DNA of 64,000 nt from Candidatus Kryptoniota bacterium (lineage in GTDB: Bacteria; Bacteroidota; Ignavibacteria; Kryptoniales; JAKASW01). The DNA lies in NCBI GenBank assembly GCA_046706365.1, contig JBJKPN010000120.1, positions 1,372-65,371 of the forward strand, written 5' to 3'. Position 1 is the stretch's first letter, and each line of letters opens with the position of its first letter. The notes under the pieces were generated by a model that ran no database searches, had not been told where the DNA came from, and saw nothing but the letters and a program-made list of their open reading frames with translations. The position numbers and the translations under genes are program-made. This document shows, piece by piece, positions 1-10,065 of this stretch.

Positions 1-1554
1 GACAGGCTCTCCCCCCTGGAAATCGTACACCGCTCCCCTCCCTGCATAATTCGAGGGCCAGCTCTTGACGACGTAATCTGTCGCGTACGCGGCATCGGAC
101 CAGTTATGCCCGTCAGCACTGACTTCTGCATTGCAATAGAGGTTGTCGAGAAGGACGAAGTTCTTGACAATTTTATGGAGGTTCGGGGTGACTTTTTCTC
201 CGAAGAGCGTGATGTTCGGGTCGCCATTCCCTTCTTTTATATCGCCGAAGACCTGGTCGTATGTCCGGTTCTCTTTTATGAAATAGAAGACATACTTGAT
301 CGGCGACTTGCCCCCCACTTTGTCGGGGATCGGACTGTCGACAGCAGACATCGTTTGCCTGAGCTGGTCCGGGCGATACGGAGTATCTGCGTAAACCTGC
401 CTGGTGTACCGCGCGAGTTGCGCCTTGTTCGGGAATTTGAAATAAGAGAGTGTGCCCTTCAGAAGATTCCCTATGTACAGGGGGCCGTGAGAGTTCAGCG
501 GGTATCCGGGGTTGGGAAAGGACCGGCTCCCTTTTCCGTTGAGGACGAGCACGGTGCCGTTCTTCAGCTCCATCACCTTTGTCGGGTACCATTCGACGGG
601 GATGAATCCGACCGGCACAGGTTTGCGGATGTTCGAAATGTCTATCACTGTCAGTGAATTATTGTCGGCGTTCGCCACCAGGACGTACTTACCGTTCGGC
701 GATACGCAGACGGAATTTGTCGTGGACCCTTCCGGCGAGTCGGGATAAATCGAAGTGGATACTGTCGCAACCGGCCGGCGATGAGCAAGGTCGAGGACAC
801 TTACGCTGTTGTCGTTCGCATTGGCGACGAACGCATAACGCCCGCGAACTGCGATTCCCGTCGGGTGAGGCCCGGTCGGTATTTCATAAATCATTCGGCT
901 TCCTCTGAATGCTTCTATTTTCTTCGAGCTCCAGAGAGAAACAAGCAGGGTCCCGTCGCCAAGATACCTGCAATAGTAAGGCATTCCGTCAAGATGAACG
1001 ACTGTAATCTTACGGGTTCTGAAATTGTAATACCTGAGCGTACTGTCGCCCCGGAATACAACGGCAAGGTTTCTTCGGTTCACGGCAAGCCCCGCTGCGA
1101 AATCATACGGGCCCTTCTCTTGATGATCGACGATTCTGGGATCGGCAAACCGTATTGTGTTCAGCTGCTTGAGCCTTCCATTGACCAGCACGAAGACATA
1201 AACAGAGTTCTCGTTCCCGCCCGAGACATAGAGCTTGTTTCCGTAGAACCGGATTCCCAGCCAGCTGTCCTTCAATATTATGCGCTGCACGACCTCATCA
1301 GTTCGCAGGTCTACAAGCGTTACTCCGGGATTTGAAAAACCGTCCTGGGTAATCGCGAGATATCTCTGGTCCGGCGAGATTGCCGCATTGAGCGGGAGCT
1401 CGCCTAACCGGATCGACTTCCCTGCAGGCGAAAGCCACCACCCGTTCGGGAGAAGCACTCTTGAACCCTGCGGGCCTGGAAGCTGCGCCGCGGCAATGCC
1501 ATACGTGAGGGCCAAAGTGCCGATTATTACCCAGACTCGTTTCGCCATGTTCAT
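1..1554 (-). CDS. Secreted YncE-like beta-propeller / phosphoesterase (PlcC/AcpA-type) family protein, partial; the C-terminus runs off the left edge
   Basis: Missing from the ORF track because it is open at the window edge. The reverse frame from ATG 1554 (or 1548) has no stop down to base 1. It starts with MNMAKRVWVIIGTLALTYGIAAAQ (signal peptide). Propeller-type repeats FVANANDNSVSVLDL and VLVANADNNSLTVIDIS follow. Phosphoesterase motifs are FIKENRTYDQVFGD and SADGHNWSDAAYATDYV. The plus-strand ORFs listed for 106-1675 are its antisense shadows. Confidence 0.75.
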   Translation of the reverse strand, partial: MNMAKRVWVIIGTLALTYGIAAAQLPGPQGSRVLLPNGWWLSPAGKSIRLGELPLNAAISPDQRYLAITQDGFSNPGVTLVDLRTDEVVQRIILKDSWLGIRFYGNKLYVSGGNENSVYVFVLVNGRLKQLNTIRFADPRIVDHQEKGPYDFAAGLAVNRRNLAVVFRGDSTLRYYNFRTRKITVVHLDGMPYYCRYLGDGTLLVSLWSSKKIEAFRGSRMIYEIPTGPHPTGIAVRGRYAFVANANDNSVSVLDLAHRRPVATVSTSIYPDSPEGSTTNSVCVSPNGKYVLVANADNNSLTVIDISNIRKPVPVGFIPVEWYPTKVMELKNGTVLVLNGKGSRSFPNPGYPLNSHGPLYIGNLLKGTLSYFKFPNKAQLARYTRQVYADTPYRPDQLRQTMSAVDSPIPDKVGGKSPIKYVFYFIKENRTYDQVFGDIKEGNGDPNITLFGEKVTPNLHKIVKNFVLLDNLYCNAEVSADGHNWSDAAYATDYVVKSWPSNYAGRGAVYDFQGGEPV

Positions 1555-1684
1555 ATACTTCTCCTTGAAATGTAGAATTCTTGTTAAGAACAACCCGGCC
1601 GGGATCAGAGTCTCCTCATGTCCGGGAACATTTTTGGGGTTGCCGATTCAACAGGCAACCCCGCCCTGGCAGTGATGACATCCG

Positions 1685-3121
1685 CTACTTAAGGAGGACC
1701 ATTTTCCTGGTAATCGCGTATGTTCCCTGCTGCAGCTTATAGAAATAGATGCCGCTGGCAAACCTGTTCAAATTCAAACTGTATTCGTAGTCTCCTGCAG
1801 TCCTGTAGCCATGTGCAACTTCTTCCACCAGCTGACCGAGGGCATCGTAAACACTCAGGTTCACGATACCCGGCCGATTCAGCGTAAACCTTATTTCTGT
1901 CGACGGATTGAAGGGATTCGGAAAATTCTGATACAGATGGAAGATTCGGGGTACTGCAGCACCAATCGGTTTCACAACGGTGAGAGCTGTGTCTCCGGTT
2001 ATTTCGGCTGCCGCTTCCAAAAGAGTAACCCCGCTTAATTGGACGGAAAGGCTGACAGTTCCCGACGGAGGCAGCAGCCAATTGTCGTTGAAAAGCCCCG
2101 TGCCCGGACTCTGCGCATGGCTCCAAAGGGAATCGGCATTTGTCAGCAGAAAGTCACCAAACATGGTCTGCAACGAATCACCCAAAGCAGGTTCACGGAT
2201 GAGATTGGCGAGATAGTACATGTAAATTCCATTGAACAATCCTCCGTCGCCCGTCCCTTCCGACCTCAACACGCCGTACGACGGAGCAAAGATGCTGTCC
2301 GCTACCTCAGCTTCTCTGACTGCCTCGTTCAAATAAGGGGAGTCGCCGGTAATCCGGTAAAGATCGAGCGATGCACCGATGTAGGTACCGTAATTGTACG
2401 AGTACGATCCTTTATTCGGAGTACCGACAGAATTTTTGTAAGCAATACCGTCAAGGATGATCCCTGTTTGTGCGTTTACGAGGTTGCTGTCAAGCCACGC
2501 ATGGATATTCCTGGCCCATGTCAGGTTGGAAGAATCACCGAAGTCTTCGAATAGCTTGCATGCTAATATGCAGGCCGGGGCATTCGCAGGTACATTCTTG
2601 TAAATACCTGTTGTTTGCCATTGGATTCCCCCTCCGCCCGGGCTGTCGGTCCACCCTCCCTTGATGACCTTCCAGAGAGCGTTGGCTTCGTTGAAATAAA
2701 CGCTTTCGCCGGTTGCCTCATACGATCTCAGCAACGCAAGGGCCATCCATTCCATGTCATCGTAGTAGTCGTCTGTAAAGCCGCCCGAACCCAGAATCCC
2801 CTGATACATAGAAATCATCCTGCCGGGGTAAAGAGAATCTCCCGTACGCCGATAACCCATGACGAGAACATCGAGAGCATGTGCCTGCCACCAGTAATTC
2901 ACTGTTTTGCTGCGTGCAGTATTCGAATAGTAAATTTCCGCAGGGGGGAACCAGAAATACCTGTCGAGTGCAGCCTGAGCGCTATCTGCCCTTGCGTCCC
3001 AGAGACCGACCCTGTCGCCGGTTCCGGTTGCAGCGGTGCTTTCCGCATAGAGCATGCCGGCCGTCGACATAAGACTGAGAATTAATAAAACGAAGAAAGC
3101 GCGTTTGATAATCTTCGACAC
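1685..3121 (-). CDS. Glycoside hydrolase family 76-like (alpha-1,6-mannanase-like) protein with T9SS C-terminal sorting domain
   Basis: The ORF is 1685..3238. I place the start at GTG 3121, giving VSKIIKRAFFVLLILSLMSTAGMLYA as a signal peptide; the 39 codons upstream are Cys/Arg-rich. GH76-like motifs: WWQAHALDVLV, DYYDDMEWMALALLRSYE, GGGIQWQ, KNVPANAPA. The C-terminus NFPNPFNPSTEIRF...GIYFYKLQ...KMVLLK is a Por/T9SS CTD. Confidence 0.7.
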   Translation of the reverse strand: MSKIIKRAFFVLLILSLMSTAGMLYAESTAATGTGDRVGLWDARADSAQAALDRYFWFPPAEIYYSNTARSKTVNYWWQAHALDVLVMGYRRTGDSLYPGRMISMYQGILGSGGFTDDYYDDMEWMALALLRSYEATGESVYFNEANALWKVIKGGWTDSPGGGGIQWQTTGIYKNVPANAPACILACKLFEDFGDSSNLTWARNIHAWLDSNLVNAQTGIILDGIAYKNSVGTPNKGSYSYNYGTYIGASLDLYRITGDSPYLNEAVREAEVADSIFAPSYGVLRSEGTGDGGLFNGIYMYYLANLIREPALGDSLQTMFGDFLLTNADSLWSHAQSPGTGLFNDNWLLPPSGTVSLSVQLSGVTLLEAAAEITGDTALTVVKPIGAAVPRIFHLYQNFPNPFNPSTEIRFTLNRPGIVNLSVYDALGQLVEEVAHGYRTAGDYEYSLNLNRFASGIYFYKLQQGTYAITRKMVLLK

Positions 3122-3242
3122 AGTGCTGTCTCTATATTGTTGATCCGATTCTTGTCCGATCGCCTTGAGCGATAGATGGCAATACAAAGTACCGGAGTGG
3201 CTTCTTGTGCGACATAAGCCACTCCGGCACATAAACATATTC

Positions 3243-4961
3243 TTACTTAAGCAGCATCATTTTCTTCGTGATCGAGTTTGTACCTTCACTCAGCTTGTAG
3301 AAGTAAACTCCGCTTGCGAATTGGTCCATATTCACGGTGAAATTGTACACGCCGGCTGCCTTGTACCCGTTTTGAACGACGTCCACAACCTCTCCGAGAA
3401 CGTTATACACTTTAAGGCTGACGTCGCCCGACTGTTTCAGCTCGACCTTGATCACGGTCGACGGATTGAAAGGATTCGGATAGTTCTGGCTCAGGTCGAA
3501 CTTTTCCGGAACCTCGTTCGTCTTGGTCACGACGGCGTTCAGCGACGGATACCAGTTCAGATCGCCGAGCGGCTTCCCGTCGGTTCCGGCAGTCAGAAGG
3601 GCCGAGTCGGAATACTTGAGATTCTCAGGAACCGGATATCCCTGAGTCGAGGCCCAGTCCTTGGGCACATCGGCAAAAATATTTGTCGGATCTGTCGGCA
3701 ACTGGGGCCAGATGTAATTCGAGGCGTCTCCGTTCAGCCACTGCAGGTGTTCATATTGTACGAGGCTGTCGAGTGCGGGCGTTGTCAGTGAGGACGAGAA
3801 TCCGGGATCGACGCTGTCATTATTTGCCGCCACGAGATGCGAGCCGCCCTGTTGACTCGCGAACAGAGCTTTCGTCTGCGAATTCATGAACACGGGAAGA
3901 ATGATCGGGTCGTGCGTGGTGTCGTTGTACTGCGTCCAGAAATTCATGAGCGGTGCGGGCCAGCAGTAGACGTTGTTCAGGACATTAACGTGCCTGTCCG
4001 CTTCGGTCAGGTTGAAAGGAGCTGCGGTCAACGCACCAAGCGTGTCCAGGACGACAATGTTCGGATTATCGATCTTGCCGCCGAACTGGGACGTGTTTGC
4101 CAGTGTGGAATCTCCCGAGTGTGCAATGAGACCATAGAAGATATTGTTCTCGATGTCTTCATTGACAGCCTGCTGTACCTTCATCGGAGGTCCGCTATTC
4201 AGGAAACAAGTGTTGTGATCGAATCTGATGTATTCGGCATACCAGTTGGAACCGAAGTAGCTTCCGTTGACGCAGAAGAATGTATCGTTTTCGTACCAGA
4301 GTGTATCGACCGGTCCTTTTGTAAGCTCCCAGTAGATCGCGCCTTTCGGCCACTGGTAACTTTGGACGTTCCTGAACTCGCAGTTCGTGATAAACAGGTT
4401 AGCGTGGATACTATTATTGTGTTGAATCAGGTTTGTGTTGCCGCCGTACCAGTCGTCAATCACATCATGATCCAAACGCAACGTCACATTGTTGCCGGTT
4501 TCAGTCATGAGCGTAGTGGTAAGAGCAACACCGTCGGGACGCTCACCCAGCAGGTAGCAGCCCTGGATGGTGACACTGCCCGTATCGCAGGCCACGAACG
4601 GATCAGGCGTCGTGTTGTCAGCATTCACAATTGGCTCAATTACCGGCGGGTGACCGGTGACCGGATTGATTTTTCCGACGATCTTCAGGTTATAATACTG
4701 GTTCATGGTTATCGTGTTATCGAGATAATAAACGGTGTCGACCGAGCCTGTCTGCTGAAGGACGTAAACCCGGTTTACATCATTCCTTTGTCCCGTGGCA
4801 GTCGTGTCCCCGGTTATAACGTTGAACAGATTCGGCTGACCATTGGCGTTGAGCGCGGAAACATACATGGTATCCGATGCGGCCTGCGCAAACGACTGGC
4901 CGGGAAGCGCGGCCAGCACCAGTAATGCGGCTAACGACATAGCGACTAGTACCGCTTTCAT
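3243..4961 (-). CDS. Secreted hypothetical protein (Asn/Thr-rich, possibly parallel beta-helix) with T9SS C-terminal sorting domain
   Basis: The start is set at ATG 4961, preceded by AGGAGA, giving MKAVLVAMSLAALLVLAALPGQSFAQA as a signal peptide. The C-terminus NYPNPFNPSTVIKV...GVYFYKLS...KMMLLK closely resembles the CTD of the neighbouring GH76 gene. I recognise no catalytic motif. Confidence 0.7.
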   Translation of the reverse strand: MKAVLVAMSLAALLVLAALPGQSFAQAASDTMYVSALNANGQPNLFNVITGDTTATGQRNDVNRVYVLQQTGSVDTVYYLDNTITMNQYYNLKIVGKINPVTGHPPVIEPIVNADNTTPDPFVACDTGSVTIQGCYLLGERPDGVALTTTLMTETGNNVTLRLDHDVIDDWYGGNTNLIQHNNSIHANLFITNCEFRNVQSYQWPKGAIYWELTKGPVDTLWYENDTFFCVNGSYFGSNWYAEYIRFDHNTCFLNSGPPMKVQQAVNEDIENNIFYGLIAHSGDSTLANTSQFGGKIDNPNIVVLDTLGALTAAPFNLTEADRHVNVLNNVYCWPAPLMNFWTQYNDTTHDPIILPVFMNSQTKALFASQQGGSHLVAANNDSVDPGFSSSLTTPALDSLVQYEHLQWLNGDASNYIWPQLPTDPTNIFADVPKDWASTQGYPVPENLKYSDSALLTAGTDGKPLGDLNWYPSLNAVVTKTNEVPEKFDLSQNYPNPFNPSTVIKVELKQSGDVSLKVYNVLGEVVDVVQNGYKAAGVYNFTVNMDQFASGVYFYKLSEGTNSITKKMMLLK

Positions 4962-5120
4962 AGGAAATCTCCTCTTGTTTAAAGTTGAAGTTGTTTCATA
5001 TCTGGAAATCACATTGGATGGGTATCAACTTGACAACTACCCATTGTTATAATGTTGTTCGAATGAGCCTTCATCACCTCCAATCGGATAGGTCTTTCAG
5101 TAATGGGACGACGGTCATGG

Positions 5121-8096
5121 CTAGAGACTCCAGCGGAGACCGAGGTCGGCAGTCATACCGTAGGCCAATTGAGAGGTCGGGAAACCATTTGCCTGGACGA
5201 TATAGGTGTCGCTCGCACCGTTCAGATCGTTCAGGTTTAAGTAGACTTGAATGCCGTACCATGGCAGGTCCTGTTTGACGACAGCGTCCCAGCGAAGATA
5301 ACTCTTTTTGTAGGAGCGAAGTTCGGGCCAGAAGTTTGTTGCATTGAAAACATTCGATTGATAGATCATAGACACGACAGCGGAGAACCCCTGGTAATCG
5401 TACCCCAGCGACAGATTGACGATATCATCCGGTTGATCCAGGAGTCTGTCTGAATAGAGGGTGTCGACGTAAACAGGCTGAAACAAGGTTTGAAAGGTGC
5501 CAGGATATGTGATCAGGTAAGGGTACTTCGCGCCCGAGAATATGTGCGTGTAATTTATGTTGAGAACAAGTCCGCTGAGCACAGACGGCAGGTACCAGAA
5601 ATGAGTCTGCCAATCGACTTCGGCTCCCCAGAGGTTGACGCGGAATGAATCGTTGACGGCCGTTGAAAGTGCGTACCCCCTGGCAACGGGGGGAACCCCG
5701 GGGTAGAGCGAGGTATCTGTGATATGAACAGTCTCAGGGAATATGAAATTGTCAATCTGCTTCAGAAAACCGTCAATTGAGAAGAGCCCCATGTTATTGC
5801 TGTAAAGAGACAATGCAAGATCGTAATTCCGGGAGTGTGACGGTTTGAGAGCGTAGTTATTCCACGTTACCGACTCCGAGCCGGTGATAACGTCAAGCCT
5901 CGGAATGATGTCGCTGAACCCCGGATAGGAAAGCGTGTTGGTGTAGGACGCACGAGCCTCGAGCCACGAAAGAGGCCTGTAATTCAGAATGAAGTCCGGC
6001 AGCCAAAACCCGTGGTATTCACTTACCGTGGTGTCGCTGTAAGGCGGAGCCGGGAGGGAATTGTCCGTGCTTCCGGCCTGATAGTGGACCCCTGTGTAGG
6101 TTGTCCGCAGAGCCTGGTAACGTACACCGGGAATAAATGTTAGCAGAGGCCCTATGTTAAAGGTAGCCATCACGTATCCGGCACTCCGGTATTCATCCCC
6201 GGTATAGTTGTTTGCGGCGTCCTGATATTGACTCGGGGCATACGGGGAAGCAATCATGACGGGGGGTGCGTTCCGCATGAAGCCAACTACGGTGTTTATG
6301 GTCTGAGAAAGCATCCCCAGATTGATCGGCAGCCCCATTGAATAATCGCCTCCGAGGAACTTTCCGTAACTGAAAGATGAATCCACATATACACTCAGAG
6401 GCAGGGCGCTGTTGTTCGATACGTTGTAGGGCGGGCGAGCCATCCACGGGAATTCATTCAGCACCTGCTGAAGCGGACCGTTCGAGCCCTGCGCAGGGGA
6501 CGCGTCGAGAGTACCGTTTCCGTAATTGTACCCGTAAAATCTGTCGGTGAACTGGTACATCCCGCCGAATTTCAGTTTCCCGGTGATTTGGCCCGACAGA
6601 TCGACAACCTTCTCCAGGTCGACTGAGGCAGTATACTCGTTCGACTTGTTGAAGCTGCTGCTTGTGCTTATCGAGCCGAGATACATGTAAGTAGGGTTAA
6701 CCATAGTTGTCGCTTCCCGGCCTACCACTATGGGATTTGCACCGCTGGAAGTTACCGGGAACCCGACCGACCCCTGGCTGAAGGTCGCGCTCCAGCTTCC
6801 CGGGTTCCTGGAGTCGGAATATGAGTGTGACACTTTTACGTCGGCCTTGAGCCAGGACAAATTCTGTTGATACTCCAGAAGATTTGTGACTACGTCCAGT
6901 CTGTTCGGGGAATAAGCAGCTCCGTAGGATATTGAGTTGCTCCCGATAGGAGGTATGCTGTAACTCTGGCTGCGATTTTCAGTATTCGTAATCGCCCTGC
7001 TGAGAAAATTCATAAAATCAATCTTCCCTTCAGGAAGTCTGTAATCCATGACAACTGTCCCGTCAACCAGCTGCTGTTCACTCGGCGCGAAGGTCAGTGC
7101 GAGATTATCCAATGAAATCGGGTTTGGCTTACCGATGTTTTTTGTGACCATACTGTAGCTTCCGCCGAATTCGTCGGAAGTCAGGTTTATTCTCTGGGAT
7201 ATCACCTGTGCAAGTATGCCGAACCGTTTGTCGAAAAACCTGTCGCCGATCGTTCCGGCAAACTTATAGTTATTGTAATCGTTCTGAAGATTGTCGTAGC
7301 TTCCCTGGGCATTAAGGTCGATCTCCGGACCCCCCGTCGGATTTTGCCTGGCCTCCCGAAGCTGGAAATTTACAACGCCTCCGAGAAAAGCGGCGTCCAT
7401 ATCCGGCGTGGCAGTTTTGTAGAGTTGTATGCCTCTCAGTGAGCTCGACGATATCATGCTCAGGTTAACGCTCCGGTTGCCGGAGCTTGTCGAAGCCATT
7501 TCCACCCCGTCGATCATCACGCTGTTATACTGGGGAGCCATCCCACGTATCGCGAGCTGTGTTCCTTCACCCCCCTGTCTCACGAGATAGACTCCCGGCA
7601 GTCTGCCCACCGACTCCGCCGCGTTTACATCGGGAAGCTGCCTGATGCGGGCCGCTGAAACTGCATTCATTACCCTGTTCGATGAGAGCTGCTCGTTGAT
7701 GGCTGCATTCTGGCCGCTCGCCTGTGCAGTCACCACCACCGCCTTCCCCTCTACGCCTACCGCCGCGAGCTTGAAATCATGTCTCAACACCTGCCCTGCC
7801 GTCACATCGACGGAGGCCTCAAGATGACGGTACCCGACGTAACTCACACGTACAGTGTAAGTTCCGGGCGGGACATTGGGAATCAGATACCTGCCGTCCA
7901 GACCCGTCGAAGCACCGAGGCTGGTACCCATAAGAAGAACGTTCGCGCCGGGCAGCGGCTCCCCTGTTTGCAGGTCCGTCACCAACCCGGACATTGTGCC
8001 GGGGGACTGACACATCGCCATTACCGGCACGAGGCAAAAAATCAAAGTGGTGATTAAAACGGTAACCTTTCTCATCGGCATCTCTCTGTTCCTCAT
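5121..8096 (-). CDS. TonB-dependent outer-membrane receptor with N-terminal carboxypeptidase-regulatory-like domain
   Basis: 991-aa ORF with signal peptide VTVLITTLIFCLVPVMAMCQ. CarbopepD_reg-like segment: GLVTDLQTGEPLPGANVLLMGTSLGASTGLDGRYLIPNVPPGTYTVRVSYVGYR. Plug segment: AESVGRLPGVYLVRQGGEGTQLAIRGMAPQYNSVMIDGVEM. A long Gly/Tyr/Asn-rich barrel follows. The start could also be ATG 8081 or 8075. Confidence 0.88.
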   Translation of the reverse strand: MRNREMPMRKVTVLITTLIFCLVPVMAMCQSPGTMSGLVTDLQTGEPLPGANVLLMGTSLGASTGLDGRYLIPNVPPGTYTVRVSYVGYRHLEASVDVTAGQVLRHDFKLAAVGVEGKAVVVTAQASGQNAAINEQLSSNRVMNAVSAARIRQLPDVNAAESVGRLPGVYLVRQGGEGTQLAIRGMAPQYNSVMIDGVEMASTSSGNRSVNLSMISSSSLRGIQLYKTATPDMDAAFLGGVVNFQLREARQNPTGGPEIDLNAQGSYDNLQNDYNNYKFAGTIGDRFFDKRFGILAQVISQRINLTSDEFGGSYSMVTKNIGKPNPISLDNLALTFAPSEQQLVDGTVVMDYRLPEGKIDFMNFLSRAITNTENRSQSYSIPPIGSNSISYGAAYSPNRLDVVTNLLEYQQNLSWLKADVKVSHSYSDSRNPGSWSATFSQGSVGFPVTSSGANPIVVGREATTMVNPTYMYLGSISTSSSFNKSNEYTASVDLEKVVDLSGQITGKLKFGGMYQFTDRFYGYNYGNGTLDASPAQGSNGPLQQVLNEFPWMARPPYNVSNNSALPLSVYVDSSFSYGKFLGGDYSMGLPINLGMLSQTINTVVGFMRNAPPVMIASPYAPSQYQDAANNYTGDEYRSAGYVMATFNIGPLLTFIPGVRYQALRTTYTGVHYQAGSTDNSLPAPPYSDTTVSEYHGFWLPDFILNYRPLSWLEARASYTNTLSYPGFSDIIPRLDVITGSESVTWNNYALKPSHSRNYDLALSLYSNNMGLFSIDGFLKQIDNFIFPETVHITDTSLYPGVPPVARGYALSTAVNDSFRVNLWGAEVDWQTHFWYLPSVLSGLVLNINYTHIFSGAKYPYLITYPGTFQTLFQPVYVDTLYSDRLLDQPDDIVNLSLGYDYQGFSAVVSMIYQSNVFNATNFWPELRSYKKSYLRWDAVVKQDLPWYGIQVYLNLNDLNGASDTYIVQANGFPTSQLAYGMTADLGLRWSL

Positions 8097-8634
8097 CCCT
8101 GTTCCACATCAATTCTAAGTATGGTCCTGCTCTCTTAACCGCCCTATATAACTTTTCGCAACGAGAGAGGAGCGCCAAAGGACTTATGCCGATCAGGAAC
8201 GTCCGATCATCATAACGAGGCAGGCCGGTGATTATCGGAAAGTAGAAGACGCTTCTTGCGGTTGACCTTTACTCTTTCCATTCCAGGTTTTCACACTTCA
8301 TCCGCTGCTAACCTCTCTCTGCACGCGCGTTGTTTTACAAAGCTCGACACAAAGTAGCATGCGATCTTTAACTCTGAACGACGCTCGCGTTAACTCTTGG
8401 TTAATTGTTCTCCGAAGTTCAGCTTTACCCGAAAAACAATTTTGTATCATACCACACAGTGCAATGTCCCGCTTGAAAAGTTATTCGTGTGAACGGAACA
8501 TTAACGATACGGGCAATTAACGTAAACATAATTTGTGTATGCAGAGAATGTGAATTAGAATACGAATCATGATCGCAGCGGTCCGCCTGCAAGACTGCAA
8601 AATGTTCAACTGAAATAGAAGCTGAAGGAATCAC

Positions 8635-9987
8635 ATGAGCGAAGCACGTTACACGGCGCTCGACAACGCCGGGGTAAGAAGCATACACTACAAGATAACC
8701 GCATTATCCGCTGTGGGTGTTTTCCTCGACGGATTCGATATCTCAATCATCGGTGTTGCCCTCACGATCATCATCGGCTTGCCGGCGTTCAGTTATGCGG
8801 CGACGCCGCTGGGCAAGGGATTAATGGCGGCATCGACGACGATAGGAATGCTCGTCGGTGCAATTGTTTTCGGATACGTCACCGACAAGCGCGGCAGGAA
8901 GTTCATGTACATGTGGGACATGGTAATTTTCGTAGTCTTCACCGCGGCCATTTCCGTGTCGTTCGATTACTGGTCCCTCTTCGTATTCAGGACAATACTC
9001 GGGCTTGCCATAGGCGCTGACTACAGCATCAGCACGACGATAATCTCGGAATTTTCTCCGAAGCAGTCGCGCGGGAAATTCCTCGCTGTCAATGTATCCG
9101 CCTGGTGGATAGGTTCCGCGGTCGCCTTCATTATCGGCTACCTTCTCCTTCCGCTAGGTCCGAACGCATGGAGGTTTATGTTCGCAGCGGGCATGATCCC
9201 GGCCGCGATTGTTCTCGTTTTAAGAAGATCGGTCCCGGAGTCGCCGAGGTGGCTTGCAAATTCCGGCCACGCCGACGATGCGAAGGCAGTCATAGAGGAA
9301 ATCACAGGTCAGCAGGAGGAGCTGCATGCCGGCACGCGGAAAGTCTCATTCTCCATCCTGTTCAGCAAAAAATACATTCGGGCAACGGCGTTTGTGGCGC
9401 TTTTCTGGTTTTCATATGATGTGGCATTTTATGGGATAAGCCTTTTCACACCGACAATCCTCGGGATCTTTGGCCTGGATCACAGCAATGCCATACTTGG
9501 CTCGGCCATTTTCGCGGCGGTAGCCGTTCTCGGGAGCTTTCTCTGCATCGCTACCGTAGACAAATGGGGAAGAAAAGCGGTCACCTTGCTGGGCTTCTCC
9601 GGGATGAGTCTATCGCTTCTCGTGTTATCGGTCATCGCGTTGAAGACTCCGAAATCAGCTTTTACGATGGGCGGTTACGCCCTGGTAATAGTGGCAATGT
9701 ATGTGCTGTTTCAACTGACACAGACCTGGGGTCCCGGCGGGACCGATTTCATATTCCCTCAAGAGCTTTTCCCCACGTCGATACGCGCAACCGGACAAGG
9801 ATGGGGAACATCCGTAAGCAGGATTGGGGCAATTCTGGGACTTATCGGCTTTCCACAGCTTGTCGCTTTTTCCGGGCTGGGTTACGGTCTGCTACTGTTT
9901 TTTGTTTTCTCCGTAGTCGGCCTCTTATCGACCGTCTTTCTGGCTGTCGAGACGAAAGGCAAATCACTTGAGGATATCACCGAGTGA
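8635..9987 (+). CDS. MFS transporter, sugar-porter family
   Basis: 450 aa with about 12 hydrophobic spans. Sugar-porter signatures: DKRGRK, RRSVPESPRWL and C-terminal VETKGKSLEDI. GAAGGA lies 5 nt upstream of the ATG. Confidence 0.85.
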   Translation: MSEARYTALDNAGVRSIHYKITALSAVGVFLDGFDISIIGVALTIIIGLPAFSYAATPLGKGLMAASTTIGMLVGAIVFGYVTDKRGRKFMYMWDMVIFVVFTAAISVSFDYWSLFVFRTILGLAIGADYSISTTIISEFSPKQSRGKFLAVNVSAWWIGSAVAFIIGYLLLPLGPNAWRFMFAAGMIPAAIVLVLRRSVPESPRWLANSGHADDAKAVIEEITGQQEELHAGTRKVSFSILFSKKYIRATAFVALFWFSYDVAFYGISLFTPTILGIFGLDHSNAILGSAIFAAVAVLGSFLCIATVDKWGRKAVTLLGFSGMSLSLLVLSVIALKTPKSAFTMGGYALVIVAMYVLFQLTQTWGPGGTDFIFPQELFPTSIRATGQGWGTSVSRIGAILGLIGFPQLVAFSGLGYGLLLFFVFSVVGLLSTVFLAVETKGKSLEDITE

Positions 9988-10065
9988 ACCAGTGAAGAAT
10001 ATAATTACGCTCATGCCGTCAATTCGAGCGACAAGAAAGACGCCGTTGTTGCGCAAGGAAATAGT

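Noticed and set aside
106-1675. Plus-strand ORFs 106..657, 512..748, 654..908, 781..1335 and 1280..1675 listed in the track
   Set aside because: Their sequences are Arg/Cys-rich and motif-free. The opposite strand carries one continuous, motif-rich, signal-peptide-bearing frame (1..1554) that is absent from the track only because it is open at the window edge.
5030-5053. Perfect TTGACA and TATAAT hexamers on the plus strand
   Set aside because: The spacer is only 12 nt. There is also no plus-strand gene downstream, since both flanking genes are on the minus strand.
8097-8400. Cobalamin, TPP or another riboswitch in the leader of the TonB-dependent receptor
   Set aside because: I could not find a B12 box (GCCACTG) or other conserved riboswitch cores on the minus strand by eye. 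This needs a covariance-model scan to exclude properly.
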